A stretch of DNA of 64,000 nucleotides from Cetorhinus maximus. Lineage: Eukaryota. This document shows, one piece after another, positions 25,311-38,464 of the stretch. The stretch lies in the NCBI RefSeq assembly GCF_964194155.1, contig NC_135883.1:67208001-67272000 (forward strand), in the 5' to 3' direction. The notes beneath the pieces were generated by a model, which did not search any database, was not told the DNA's origin, and saw nothing but the letters and a program-made list of their open reading frames with translations. A program made the translations under genes and the position numbers. How positions within the stretch are numbered: the first letter of the stretch is position 1; each line of letters opens with the position of its first letter.

Positions 25311-27599
25311 ATAGAATGAAAGGCAGGACAGCATTTAATGTAACGCAGCTGGTTTGATGCAAAACGTTGCTGAGATGTTAAACTGACCTTGTGGAATCTC
25401 TTCAAACAGTCTCTGCTTCCTTTGATGTTGTGCTGCAGAATGATGACATCTCATGATAGAAGTTAGATATCTCAGCTGGAGGAAATCCAACACTTTAATC
25501 CTATAACCACTGCTACTCTCCTCACATGCTTCTCAAAGTGCTGGAATCAAGTCTTGAGACACAGCTGTTTCCTCTCTAACTCCACCTTGCTCTAATGAGA
25601 CAATTCTTCAGTCCTCCCCCCTCCAATCTACAGACTTTTAACATCAGATTCAGCCAGCTAGTCATCTGCTGTTTTTTCAGCCTTGGCTCTGTCCCTCACC
25701 CTCACCCTCATACCCTCTCCATTCCCTCACTATGAGACTCATCCTCTCATGTTCCCACTCCGTAGGCCTCGTCGCTTCATCTGATCCAGAGCTCCCCAAG
25801 GTGGCCAGTTACAGATTGCTACTGAGTCCTAGCCAAGTGTCCAGACTATGACTGATAATGTAAAGAGTGAATGAATCAACTAGTGTTCAAGATGAGGGAT
25901 GTGTTGGCTCAGCAGAATGAGGAACATTGTGAATAGTCCATTACCGAATGAGGGGGGCTGGCGGATTGAATCACAGTTCACGTCTGGTCCACCTCTTACC
26001 ATCTAGCCACATCGATTGCAACTGGTCAGGTGGGGAATGGAGGGTTTAGAGATGCATGTGCCTCCCCTCAACTCTCCCCACCTCACCCTACCCCACCCAA
26101 CCTCCCCTCCCCTCAGTTCATCACCCCCCTTCCCCCCTACCCTACGCCACTTCCCCTCCCTGGGATAGAAGTCACTCCTATTGATTGTGATATTCATTAT
26201 GAAGCTGATGGGACTTGCTCTTAACCCTTAGAGCTGTAGGTCACAGCCTGAACTATGGCCCTGACAGTCCACTACACAACCAGCCTGATCTAATCTAATG
26301 CCTTAAAGAGTATTGTGGGAAAAGCAGCCCCTAAACAATCATCAGTTTTTCTGCCTGGTTAGCCTGTATTGTAGCTTTCACACTGAGAAAGAAGGATCAT
26401 TGGGGGTCAATGAGTGATCTGACTGAGAGATCGAGGCACAAGGAAACAGAAGGAAACAGAAGGAATCAGGGGTTTGCAACTGGGCATTGGCCAAAGTAAG
26501 GCGAACACTTACTCTGATATATCTGCACAATCCATTTCTCAGCAATACAGACAGCGGCAATGCAAAAAAAATGGTTGTAGTGTGACGGGGTGTGGCTGTA
26601 ATGTGTTTACAATGTGGCTATAATATAATTGCAGTGTGGCTACAGCATGGGCGCATGGTGCTGTAGTGGGGTTCTGTGTGGCTGGAGCATGACGGGAGCA
26701 TGGTCGAGTGTCTGTGCTTCACCACTTCTGATTTTCAAAGGTTATTTCAGTTAATTGCACTTGTGGGAGTATACTCTGATATCTTCCTATGATTATCGCT
26801 CATTTAATGATGCACATTCCATTGTCACAGAATTGATTTAACTTAATCCTCAATCTTTGCAAAGTGTTTACTGAGACTCCAAACAGTTTAATCATCTGTT
26901 TCTACTGATCTTTTCACCTCTATATTTAAGGAGTTTGGATGCACAGGGTGGATTTCTTGTGCTGTTTAAACCAACAAAGGCATGTTCTTATATAAGATGC
27001 ACTTTTCACTTCAGCTCTGGTGTGTGAATCAGTCAGTGGCTAATGCAGTACTAGTGTGACTTATACCCAATAGTAATCAACTTGTTATAGCTGCTCAATA
27101 AACTTGGGTGATTTAGTCACAGTCAGGAATTGTTCAGTATCGGATATAATAGCAAATGCCAAGCACTGGAGTTGAAATCACACTCGTTGCCAAAAGCAAT
27201 AATAATCCCTAGAGCTCACCAGATCTAAACTGCACTGAGCAGAAACAACACACAGCCTAATCAAACATTGTTCACTCCTCCAAATACTGCCAAGCTGCAA
27301 TGCTCACATTGCCCAAGACTTGTATCCCACTCCCATATCCAGGGGCAGGGTCTCAACAGCACTGTCTGTTCCTGCATTCAGGGGGCTGTAATTTTCCTCC
27401 ATTAAAGGCATTATATAAGAGCTAGTTGTTGCGGACAGCATGTTCATCTATGCTGGTTTGTGTGAAGTTGATAGGGAGCTCCACAGATGAAGTGTCCCAT
27501 TCCCAGAACTAATAACCTTTGCCTGAGGCACAAGTCAAGGATTTAATGCTTCCTCCTTTCTATTTCTGTGTGTTGTTTTAAAAAATGGAGTCAAGTACT

Positions 27600-28048
27600 T
27601 TTTTCATTCAAAAACAGTAGTTGAGGCCTCCGAGCCTGCTCCACCATTCAATAAAAGCAAAGCTGAGCTTCAACCTCTCTTCCCGCACTATCCCCATAAC
27701 CCTTGATTCTCTTATGGTTCAAGAATCTCAGATCGCAGCTTTGAATATACTCAATGGCTGAGTATCCACAGCTCTCTTGGGTAGAGAGTTTCAAAGATTC
27801 ACAACCCTCTGAGTGAAGAAATGTCTCCTCAGCTCACCCAGGGGAAACAGTCTCTCAGCTTCAATCCTGTCACGCCCTCTCAGAATTTTATATGTTTCAT
27901 TGAGGTCACCTCACATTCTTCTAAACTCCACAGGATAGAGGACCATTCAACTCAATCTCTCCTTATAGGACAACCCTCTCAAGATCCAGAAATCAGTCTA
28001 GTGGAACCTTTGTTGCAGCCCTCTGAGGCGAGTCCATCCTTCCTTAGG
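27600..28048 (-). mobile_element. CR1 3' end remnant
   Basis: GAGCCTGCTCCACCATTCAATA 3' UTR motif shared with 48.2 and 62.1 kb; FFTQRVVNL-type coding remnant. Confidence 0.75.
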
Positions 28049-28584
28049 TAAGTTTATATATTCTCCCTTAATTAGTACAGGATTCTGCTGATTTGTACCC
28101 AGCAAAGATAATGGAAAAATTCTCCCCCAGTATATAGATAATTTGAATTCACAATAGACTTTGTTCAGCAATTTTATTAAACAGTGCAGGGATTTTTTTT
28201 TTTGCATAATTTCAACTTAAATGATCAAATAATTTGAATTAAGTGAATCCCAATCAAGTCTAGAATGTTCTTGCATAGCTCCTGTATCAGCTCTGTGGCT
28301 TTGATATGGTTTTTTTTTGTAGGTCTCCTTGTATTTGAATTTAGGGGACTGGGTGGCTATTGAGTGTTTGTGGTTATGAAAGAAAGGATTGTCCATGTTG
28401 GTAAAGGAATAATTGACATTGTCCAGTGCTATCATCAAGCACACCTCACTCCAAACTTAGATGCACATGGGCAAGGTCGGCAGCAAAGGCTCTCTCTGAA
28501 CAAGGCCCCTTACTCCCCAACTTCAGGAATTAGCCCCTACTGAAGGGTAAATGTGTTATCTTCTTATTCAGCTGTCCTGAGTTA

Positions 28585-31041
28585 CAGGTGTTCCCTGTTT
28601 AGAGCACTTTCTAATAACGCACTTCCATTTTAGTGCATTTTTCACATAAGGGAGCTTTTTCCAAATAACACTGTCAGCCACAACTTCAATTTTCAGTTTA
28701 GTATGGTTGGTAAATTATGTCTAATCAATGTTTTGAAACCTAATTCTTACTATAGTGTACAGTTGTCATATTAATTTTCCGTCAAAGTATATACTGTGCT
28801 ATACAGGTATTAATGAATAAAATAGAATGTACATGACTGCGTATGCATGAAGAGCATCAATGTTCAGTTTACTTGTCAGTTGTCTAGTGGCATAAAGTTC
28901 ATTTCTTGAACATTGTGCATTACTGGTGTATTATTTATTGAACAATGTGCATCTAGCGGTGCTGTATTTATGTGTTGTGCATAAACTTAATTCTAATTAT
29001 GTCTCAGCAACAGTTTACTTCAACTGCCCGGGTCGATAAGAGGAAGGCCACTTATTTAGAAGTTAAGCTTAATGTGCTTAGGCATTGTGCACAAGGTGAT
29101 CATGTGAGTGATATTGCTAATACCATGAACCTGGCTGAATCTACAGTGCGTATCATTAGGAAAAATTCATATAAATTAAAGATCACTGGTCAGAGTGTAA
29201 CTCCTTTAACTGCCGCAAGGTTATAACACCTGCATTGACATGTGATGGAGAGAATGAAGTACTTACTGGGTGTTTGGATTGAAGATCAATTCCAATGGTG
29301 AATTCCTTTACACACCGCTGTAATTCAGGAGAAAGCCAGGAGTTTGTTCGAGAATTTGAAATTTAAAGAGGGTGAAGCAGCTTTAAATGAATCTTTTAAA
29401 ACAAGTTGAGGCTGGTTTGAGCATTTCAAGAGGTGGGCAAAATTACATAACCTGAAGCTTACTGGTGAGGGAGCAGGTGGTAACTCAAGTGTCACAGATA
29501 CATATCCTGAAACCTTAAAGATTATTATTGAGGAGGGTGTTGATTTACCCTGTAAAGTCTTCAACGTTAATGAGAACACATCTGTTGGATGTCTGTTGGA
29601 AAAAAACTACCTAATCAAATGTTCATTTCTGCAGAACAAGCGCCTGCTCCTGGGTTTAAGCCTGTGAAAGATAGGTTAACTCTTATTCCTGAGTCCAATG
29701 CTGAAGGAGATTTTAGCTTGAAACCTTGGTGAAAATGCAAGGGCTCTACAACACTGTGTTAAGGCTTCTCTTCTTGTTGTATGGAATTCTAACAAGGATG
29801 CATTGGTAACCAGGAAGATTTTTGAAGGCTGGCTTGCTTCTTACCTTTGTCCTGCTGTTGAAAATTGTTGCAAAAGTAAGAACATTGCCCGTAAGGCATT
29901 ATTGCATCTAAGCAATGCCCATGGTCATCCCATCAACTTGAATGAGTTGTCGGTTAATATCAGGGTTGGCTATCTCCCAAAGAATACTGCGGCTTTAATC
30001 CAGTTTATGGATCAAGTTGTAATCGCAATATTTAAAGCATTTTGCCTCAGAAAGACATTAGCCTAGTTGATTCATGAGACCGATGGAGAAGATAAGCCAA
30101 CAGTTCATGAGCTTTGGAGAAATTTCAACATTACACATGCCATTAAGTTAATTGGTAAGTCTGGGGATGAAGTTCAACTATCAACATTAAAAACAGCTTG
30201 GCAGAAGATTTGACCAGAATGTGTGTATGATTTTTGTGGGTTTACTCCTAGTGAAAATGCAGCTGATAAAAATGAGATTGTTAACTTTTCACATAATGTG
30301 GGTTTTGATGAAGTTGATGCAGACAATGCGGAGGAGTTGCTGGAATCTCTCAATGAAGCTTTATCAAATGAAGATTTGATGGAGTTGGAGAAGATGAAAG
30401 CAAGTTTGGGGGAGAATGATGATGCTAAAGACATTAAAGAAACGAAAGTAACTTGTCAAATAACAGTGAAAAAATGAAGTACGTTATTCATTTTAGCTGA
30501 AGGACGCAGTGCATCATTCAAAACCTGGACACCAAGGTAGATCCCAGCTCCTGTGTTGGCCGTGACTTGGTTAAATCCATTGAATGTTACAGAGCATTCT
30601 ACAGTGAAAGGCAGAAGTTTGCCAAACAGCCTAAGATCGACCAGTTTTTCAAGAAAAGTCATCCATCAACTTCAAACACCATAGACTTTCCATCAGCTCT
30701 CCCTCCATCAGTTTCTCCAGTTACTACTATCAAGTCAGATCGTGATGAGTCTTCTACAGACTCACTCAATAATCTTCACTCTCCAATTTAAATGCCAGTT
30801 TCACTAAGCAAGAGCCTTCCCATGTCGTAGGTGAGTTGAGAAAACAATTTTCTTAACATTTGTTTTACTCCTTCATGTGTTTGTGTTTAATTATTACATA
30901 AAAGTAGGTTTTTAATCTAAAAATTATAGGTTAGGAATGTAACCTATGCATTACATGTTACATAATTCCCTTTGGGAAAATTATTTCATTTAGGATGCTG
31001 TTTTTCAGGAATTTCTTAAGTGCACTAAACAGGGATAGCTG
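28585..31041 (+). mobile_element. Full-length decayed Tigger/pogo (Tc1-mariner) DNA transposon, 2457 bp
   Basis: TA|CAGGTGTTCCCTGTTTAGAGCACT ... AGTGCACTAAACAGGGATAGCTG|TA: imperfect TIRs with TA TSD. Confidence 0.9.
28999..30791 (+). pseudogene. Tigger/pogo transposase pseudogene (psq HTH, CENP-B HTH, DDE_1)
   Basis: KRKATYLEVKL..NLAESTVRII, GWFEHFKR, VFNVNE, KALLHLSNAHGHP, YLPKNTAALIQFMDQVVI, GFDEVD; multiple stops and frameshifts. Confidence 0.9.
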
Positions 31042-31294
31042 TATTTAAATTGAGGCAGAATTGTTGAGAGATTAGTGATTGGGGCCCTGCATTCAAATGC
31101 CTCCTACAAACTCCTACACTTGGGATTCTGGGCTTGGTTTGAATTGTGATCTCAGAGATGAGAAATATGTTTTCTAACTCACTGTGTCTTTTTTTCTAAC
31201 AATTTAATTCCACATAGCTTGATCTGGAATTTGAAAGTTTTACACCCAGTATTTATAATAATTTCAACTGATGCGAAATGACTTCTTCCCAGGG

Positions 31295-31830
31295 CCTTAT
31301 CAAGGCGATAGACATCTGATTGAAACGGGATTTCCCTCTCTGTGAATCGAACTACAGTTAGAACCAGGAATCTGGCCATATGCAACACGTGGCATAATCA
31401 GCAGTTTAAGTGCTAGGGATCCAGGGATCCCCAAATTGGATATCATCAATCTTCCATACAATCTGTTAAAGTCCATGATATATTCTTCTATTGAATAATC
31501 ACCTGTTCTCCAAAATCTATCAAAGTCTGAGCATGCCTCATAGAGATTTAGCAGATCATCGTTTTTGTAAATTTCACCCAAATACTCTAATAGAAATCAA
31601 ACCTTCATCACTACCCAACTGACCAGCACCCAGCTCAAAATGCTTCACTTCTGATTTTACTTCCGTTGGGAAGCGACAACACCAAGGCGGTACTTTGTTT
31701 CCACTTTGGTAGGAACGTAACCCATTGCCACATATCCACGTCATTCTTCAATAATCGTAACATGCAGACTCTGACAATATTGGAGGGTAATCATACCCTA
31801 ACAATTTATACGTGCTTGCAGTTATTTTTC
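31295..31830 (-). mobile_element. LTR-retrotransposon gag remnant, Copia (GalEa-like) by recall
   Basis: YDYPPIL..KNDVDMWQWVT..KQSTALVLSLPNGSKIRS..EIYKNDDLLNLYEACSDFDRF..SIEEYIMDFNRLY..LALKLL. Confidence 0.65.
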
Positions 31831-31889
31831 ACAATGGCCACTAGGATTGGAGGCTTCTGTCTGATTTATTTTTTCTCTTGGCTTTCAAG

Positions 31890-34125
31890 TGCCAAGAGCA
31901 GTTATACACACCCAGTACCAAGAGCAGTATATATACCCAGTACCAAGAGCAGTTATACATACCCAGTACCCAGAGCAGTTATACATACCCAGTACCCAGA
32001 GCAGTATATATACCCAGTACCAAGAGCAGTTATACATACCCAGTACCCAGAGCAGTTATACATAACCAGTACCCAGAGCAGTATACATACCCAGTACCCA
32101 GAGCAGTATATATACCCAGTACCCAGAGCAGTATACATACCCAGTACCAAGAGCAGTTATACATACCCAGTACCCAGAGCAGTTATACATAACCAGTACC
32201 CAGAGGAGTATACATACCCAGTACCCAGAGCAGTATATATACCCAGTACCAAGAGCAGTTATACATACCCAGTACCCAGAGCAGTTATACATAACCAGTA
32301 CCCAGAGCAGTATACATACCCAGTACCCAGAGCAGTATATATACCCAGTACCAAGAGCAGTTATACATACCCAGTACCAAGAGCAGTTATACATACCCAG
32401 TACCCAGAGCAGTTATACATAACCAGTACCCAGAGGAGTATACATACCCAGTACCCAGAGCAGTATATATACCCAGTACCAAGAGCAGTTATACATACCC
32501 AGTACCCAGAGCAGTTATACATAACCAGTACCCAGAGCCGTATACATACCCAGTACCCAGAGCAGTATATATACCCAGTACCAAGAGCAGTTATACATAC
32601 CCAGTACCAAGAGCAGTTATACATACCCAGTACCCAGAGCAGTTATACATAACCAGTACCCAGAGCAGTATACATACCCAGTACCCAGAGCAGTATATAT
32701 ACCCAGTACCAAGAGCAGTTATACATTCCCAGTACCAAGAGCAGTTATACATACCCAGTACCCAGAGCAGTTATACATACCCAGTACCCAGAACAGTATA
32801 CATGCCCAGTACCCAGAGCAGTTATACATAACCAGTACCCAGAGCAGTATACATACCCAGTACCCAGAGCAGTATACATACCCAGTACCAAGAGCAATTA
32901 TACATACCCAGTACCAAGAGCAGTTATACATACCCAATACCCAGAACAGTATACATGCCCAGTACCAAGAGCAGTTATATATACCCAGTACCCAGAGCAG
33001 TGTACATACCCAGTACTCAGAGCAGTTATACATGCCCAGTACCCAGAACAGTATACATATCCTGTACCAAGAGCAGTTATACATACCCAGTACCCAGAGC
33101 AGTATACACACTCAATACCCAGAGCAGTATACGTACCCAGTACCCGGAACAGTATACATACCTAGTAACCAGAGCAGTATACCTGCCCGGTACCCAGAGC
33201 AGTAGACAGACCCAGTACCCAGAGCAGCATACATACCCAGTACCCCGAGCAATATACACACCCAGTACCCAGAGCAGTTATACACACCCAGTATCCAGGG
33301 CAGTATACATACCCAGTACTCAGAGCAGTATACACACCCAGTATCCAGAGCAGTTATACACACCCATTACCCAGAGCAATATAGACATCCAGTACTCAGG
33401 ACAGTATGCACACCCAGTACCCAGAGCAGTTATACACACCCAGTACCCAGAGCAATATAGACATCCAGTACTCAGGACAGTATACACACCCAGTACCCAC
33501 AGCAGTATACACACACACTGCCCAATGTAGCATAAGCACCTAGTTCCCAGAGCAATATAGACATCCGGTACCCAGGACAATATACATACGCAGTACCCAG
33601 AGCAGTATATACACCCAGTACCCAGAGGAATATACACACCCAGTACCCAGAGTCATTATAAATACCCATTACCCAGGGTATTATATGCACCCAGTACCCA
33701 GAGGAATATACACACCCAGTACCCAGAGTCATTATAAATATCCATTACCCAGGGCATTATGTGCACCCAGTACCCAGATCAGTATACACACCCAGGACCC
33801 AGAGCAGTATACACCCCAGTACACAGAGCCATTACATATAACCAGTACCCAGAGCAATATAGACACCCAGTACCCAGGGCAGTATACACACCCAATACCC
33901 AGGGCAGTATACACACCCAGTACCCAAAGTAGTATGCAAACCCATTACACAGAGCCATTATTCATATCCAATACACAGGGCAGTATACATACCCAGATAC
34001 ACAGAGCAGTATACATACCCAGACAGTATACATAGCCAGTACCCACAGCCATGATACACATCCAGTACCCCGGGCAGTATTCACACACAGCACCCAGAGC
34101 AGTATGTATGCCCAGTGCCAAGTAC
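31890..34125. repeat. Minisatellite, 25/26-bp unit CCCAGTACCCAGAGCAGT(T)ATACATA, about 85 copies
   Basis: Direct periodicity; source of the YPVPRAV/TQYPEQ ORFs. Confidence 0.95.
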
Positions 34126-34459
34126 CAGTCTTCATACCCAGTTCTCAGGAATACCTTGAGAGAACTCTACAGTGAAGTCAGGTTTCACTGGAGAATTCAG
34201 AGCCAATTATGGTCAAGCTGCAAGGCCATCTGCAGACACCCCAATGAAAATCAGTAGCCTTCCGCCAGCCATGCTGCAGCCACTGGGATAACACTGTGTA
34301 GGGCTTCAGGACAGGCAAAGGCATCCGCAAGATCAGCACTCAGGGATTGCACAAGGGTGAATATCTTATTTTTGTTTGTATAATTGGATGTTTTGTTGGA
34401 TAAAGATGGTACATGAAAGTTTTTGTTGTTGGATCTGGCCGAGGGATGATGAGGCGACG

Positions 34460-34915
34460 TTTTTTTTCCCCCTATTTGTTCACAGGATGTGGGCTTCGCT
34501 GGCTAGGCCAGCATTTATTGCCCATCCCTATTTGCCCTTGAGAAGGTGGTGGTGAGCTGCCTTCTTGAACTGCTGCAGTCCATGTACACCCACAGTGTTG
34601 TTAAGGCCATTCCTTTAGATTTTCTAGCAGTTTAATACAACTAAGTGGCTTGTTAGGGGACATTTAAGAGTCAACCTCCATTGTTATCTGGGGGTCACAT
34701 GTAGGACAGACCAGGTAAGGGTGGCAGATTGCCTTCCCTAAAGGACATTAGTGAACCAGATGGGTTTTTACAACAACCGTTTCATGGTCATCATTAGACT
34801 TTTAATTCCAGATTTTTATTTAATTCAAATTTCGCCATCTGCCGTGATGGGATTTGAACCTGGGTCCCCAGAGCATTATTCTAATCCCGTGACAATGCCG
34901 CCAAGCCACCACCTC
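34460..34915 (-). mobile_element. LINE 3' end (34460-34605) plus tRNA-headed SINE (34610-34915)
   Basis: Reverse-complement similarity to the 17075-17430 and 57735-58085 SINEs and to the 38465 LINE tail. Confidence 0.7.
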
Positions 34916-34929
34916 TCTGAGGTGGATGT

Positions 34930-35900
34930 AATGGTGGGTCCTTGTTGGCTTGGGGAAGTTGTCTCTGTGGAAACAGATCTTCATAATCTACTCTCTGACA
35001 GCTCATCTGGTTACAAGGCATCAAGGATGCCTCTTCCCTTCCTCCTCCTGTTCCTCCTCCTCCTCCTGAGATGATCTCCTGATCACCCATAATGACCAGG
35101 TTGTGGAGGATGCAGCAGACTGCCAACAAACTTGGAGACCTTCTCTAGACTGTAGTGTAATGCTCCCCCATCACCGCACCCCCCCACCTCCCCTGCCGCC
35201 ATCCTCCCAAAACTGAGCAAAAGGCAGTTATTACCACCGCTTTAGGAGGCTGATCCATGCTGCAGGTGGCTTTATGGCTCTCATGAAAGACCCACTCTAC
35301 TCATGTGGTGGGATGGTGGAAGGGATCATCAGCCCTGTACAGAAGGAGTAGCCCTTGTACCCAGCAGTCAGCCCCTGGTTCTTTCCAGGAGGGCCCAAGA
35401 CAGTGAGTAGGGTTGACTGGCACAGACAGATGCATCTTGGCTGCTGCCAGGGTAGCGGACATTGGCGGAGATGAAGCTCTTGGCGTGGCGGCATGTCAGC
35501 TGCACATTTATCAAATAGGAGCCGCTGCAGATTCTGTAACTTTCCCCATTGACCCGGAGAGCCTGGAGAATCCATGCTTGTAGTCGATGGTGCCCTGCTC
35601 CATCAGGAGTCTTGCTATCCTGGTGAAGCCACATGCCCTCTTGCCCATGCTTGTCCCTCCTGGCCAAGATGATGAGATGCCCCTTATTGGTATATGTGAC
35701 CTCGGTCACCTCCCTGTTGCTGCGATGAATGGCATACTGTGAAATGCTGGCAGTGTCTCCTGAGCCTGCCTGGAAGGACCTGGAGGCATAACTGTTGAGG
35801 GAGATGGTGATTATTGTTTGCCACTAGCAGAGCCTACCTTGTCCTAGTGTAAGGCTCCAGTTTGGTTTGCAGAAGGTGGCAGAAAACAGTGGCCACCTCC
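34930..35900 (-). pseudogene. Harbinger (HARBI1-like) transposase remnant
   Basis: INVQL.C, SANVRYPGSSQDAS, AVCCILHNL motifs, frameshifted. Confidence 0.75.
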
Positions 35901-36524
35901 TTGTTGAACCTGGGTCACCTTAGGCATTGCTCCTGGGTCAGGTGAAGGTCGGAGAACTGCTCTCTGAAAACAATTGCTGGGTATCGGCTTCTGTGTAGAA
36001 CCCTCCTCCTTTTCCTCCCTCTTCACAGAGCTTTCCCTCTCTGCGTTCTCCACTCCATGTCCTGGTCATGTTACAGGCACTGCAACAACAGCCCCCATAC
36101 CTGGTTCAGGTATTCCTCTATCTTCCCTGATTGTCAGCACCAACCGCCAAAAAAACCACTTCAAAAACCGACCGCAATGCTTCCACAAATTCAGTCTAAA
36201 GCAAGTCAAAAGCTCCACACCTGCTACTTGCTGACTGTCCCTTTAATAAAGCTGCTGGAGGGCCCATCCTGCAGCTGAACACCTGATCTTACACATTACT
36301 TGGCCCGAAGGAGGTATTCCAATGTGGCATCAGCCAGATGGTCTGTGTGATGTCAGGATAGTGCCACTTCAGAACCATATGGCTCATGCTGAGGGCACCC
36401 ATACCACCAGCCTTTCCAGGATGGAGTGCTGGAAGCAGCTGGCGGGACAGTGTGCCCCATTGTGGCAACATGGAGAGAAATTTGCATGCCACGTGTCATA
36501 TAGATTGAGCAGCACATCTCATAG

Positions 36525-37362
36525 GAACCAGCAAACTGTCTTAAAGGGACCAGCAAGTTATCTTATACAGACCAGCAAATTATTTTATATGAACCGACAA
36601 TGTCTTAGAGGGTCAGCAATGTGTCTTATAGTGACCAGCTATGTGTCTTAGACCAGCAATGTGTCTTATAGAGACCAACTATGTGTCCTAGACCAGCAAT
36701 GTGTCTTATAGAGACCAGCTATGTGTGTTAGACCAGCAATGTGTCTTATTGTGACCGGCAATGTGTCTTATTGTGACCGGCAATGTGTCTTATAGAGACC
36801 AGCATTGTGTCTTAAAGGGACCAGCAACTTATAGAGACCAGTAAATTATCTTATGGGAACCAACAATGTGTCTTAGAGGGTCAGCAATGTGTCTTATAGA
36901 GACCAACAATATTGTCTTATAGTGACCAGCAATGTGTCTTATAGTAACCGGCAATGTGTCTAATAGCAACCGGCAACGTGTCTTATAGTGACCGGCAATG
37001 TGTCTTATAGAGACCAACAATGTGCCTTAAAGAGACCAGCAACTTATCGAGACCAGAAAATTATCTTATAGGAACCAACAATGTGTCTTTGAGGGTCAGC
37101 AATGTGTCTTATAGTAAGCAGCAATGTGTTTTATAGAGACCAGCAATGTGTCTTATCGTGACCGCCAATGTGTCGTATAGTGACCAGCAATATGTCTTAG
37201 AAAGAGCAGCAATGTGTCTTATAGTAAAGGCAATGTGTCTTATAGTGATCAGCAATGTGTCTAATAGCGACCGGCAATGTGTCTTATAATGACCAGCAAT
37301 GTGTCTAATAGCGACCGGCAATGTGTCTTATAGTGACCGGCAATGTGTTTTATAGAGACCAG
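36525..37362. repeat. Minisatellite, 22-bp unit GACCAGCAATGTGTCTTATAGT
   Basis: Direct periodicity with indel variants. Confidence 0.92.
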
Positions 37363-37712
37363 GAGGGGAATGAAAGGAGAAAATGAAAGGAGCGTAGGAA
37401 AGAGGAGGCGAGTGGAAAGGGCAGGAGGGGAGATGAGGAAATTGGAGGGAGATGGGGGGAGGAGAGATGAGGGAAGCAGGGAAAGGGGAAATGAGGGTGG
37501 AGGAGGGGAATGAAGGGAAGTGGAGGAAGATGGAAGGAAAGGGAAGAAAGGGGAGGGGGTGGAGGATAATAGGGAGGTAGGGAAGAGGAGAGAACGGGAG
37601 GAAGAAAGGGAGGGATGTGGGAAGGAAGTAGGGAATTGGATGTATGATGGGAGAGGAAGGGAGGCGAGAGGGGAGCAGCGAGGAATTAGAGGAAGAGAGA
37701 AGGGAGGGGAGT
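37363..37712. repeat. Polypurine (G/A) low-complexity tract
   Basis: About 350 bp of almost only G and A on the + strand. Confidence 0.9.
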
Positions 37713-38464
37713 AGTCGCTGCTTACTGACTCTGGCCAGGCTCCTTCACCAAGATAGTTGCACTCAGTATTTGAAAACATGGTTATTTTTAAATGTTTCTG
37801 TCTTGTAAAGACTTTAAAATGTCAACTGAATCGCACTTATGACTGGAGCAAGTGAAACATGCTGCAACGGATTATATAAGATGCAATTTTTGATGATGTA
37901 GAATTTGTGTTCACGGATTAAAATACTGCCAGGATTGAAATATTGTATGGGGTTTAAAATCCCTTGGTTCTTGTTAGCTATTTCTTGCAATCAGTGAAAT
38001 TTCCAACAGCAATTTGTCTTTCTGACGTTGAGCCTTTAAAAGCCCAATACAAGGAATGCTACAGTAAATAGCCTTACCATAAGCACCATCACATGATTCA
38101 AGAATTCACTCTTAACTACAAAAAAAATTTAAAAGGACTTGAGGCAAGGCTCCCACACTGGGTAATCCCTTTACCACTTGAACCACACAGGTCAGAAAGA
38201 TCCCAGAACCAACTGCTGCTCCCTGTTTAGTTAACTTATCTAGATAAATTGGTGGTTGAGATGGTAACAGGCACAGAAACCTGAACGATCCCTGTTCCTG
38301 AGTGCATGTACTGGGTGGTGTTGAGGGATATGGGGAGAAGATGGATAAATGGGGTCCAAGGATAGGAACATAGAAACAGGAGATGACCATTTAGCTCTTT
38401 AAACCTGTTCTGCCATTCAATGAGATCATGGCTGATCTGTGACCTAACTCTATACGTGCGTGTG

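Noticed and set aside
28999-30791. Domesticated TIGD/CENP-B/JRK gene
   Set aside because: Multiple stops and frameshifts, and TIRs and TSD are retained.
31666-32652. 328-aa Tyr/Pro-rich ORF resembling an adhesive or structural protein
   Set aside because: Non-ATG start in antisense gag remnant, then reads through a 25/26-bp array while shifting among all three unit frames.
37261-37779. Ser/Pro/Leu-rich 172-aa ORF
   Set aside because: Translation of a polypurine/polypyrimidine tract plus minisatellite.
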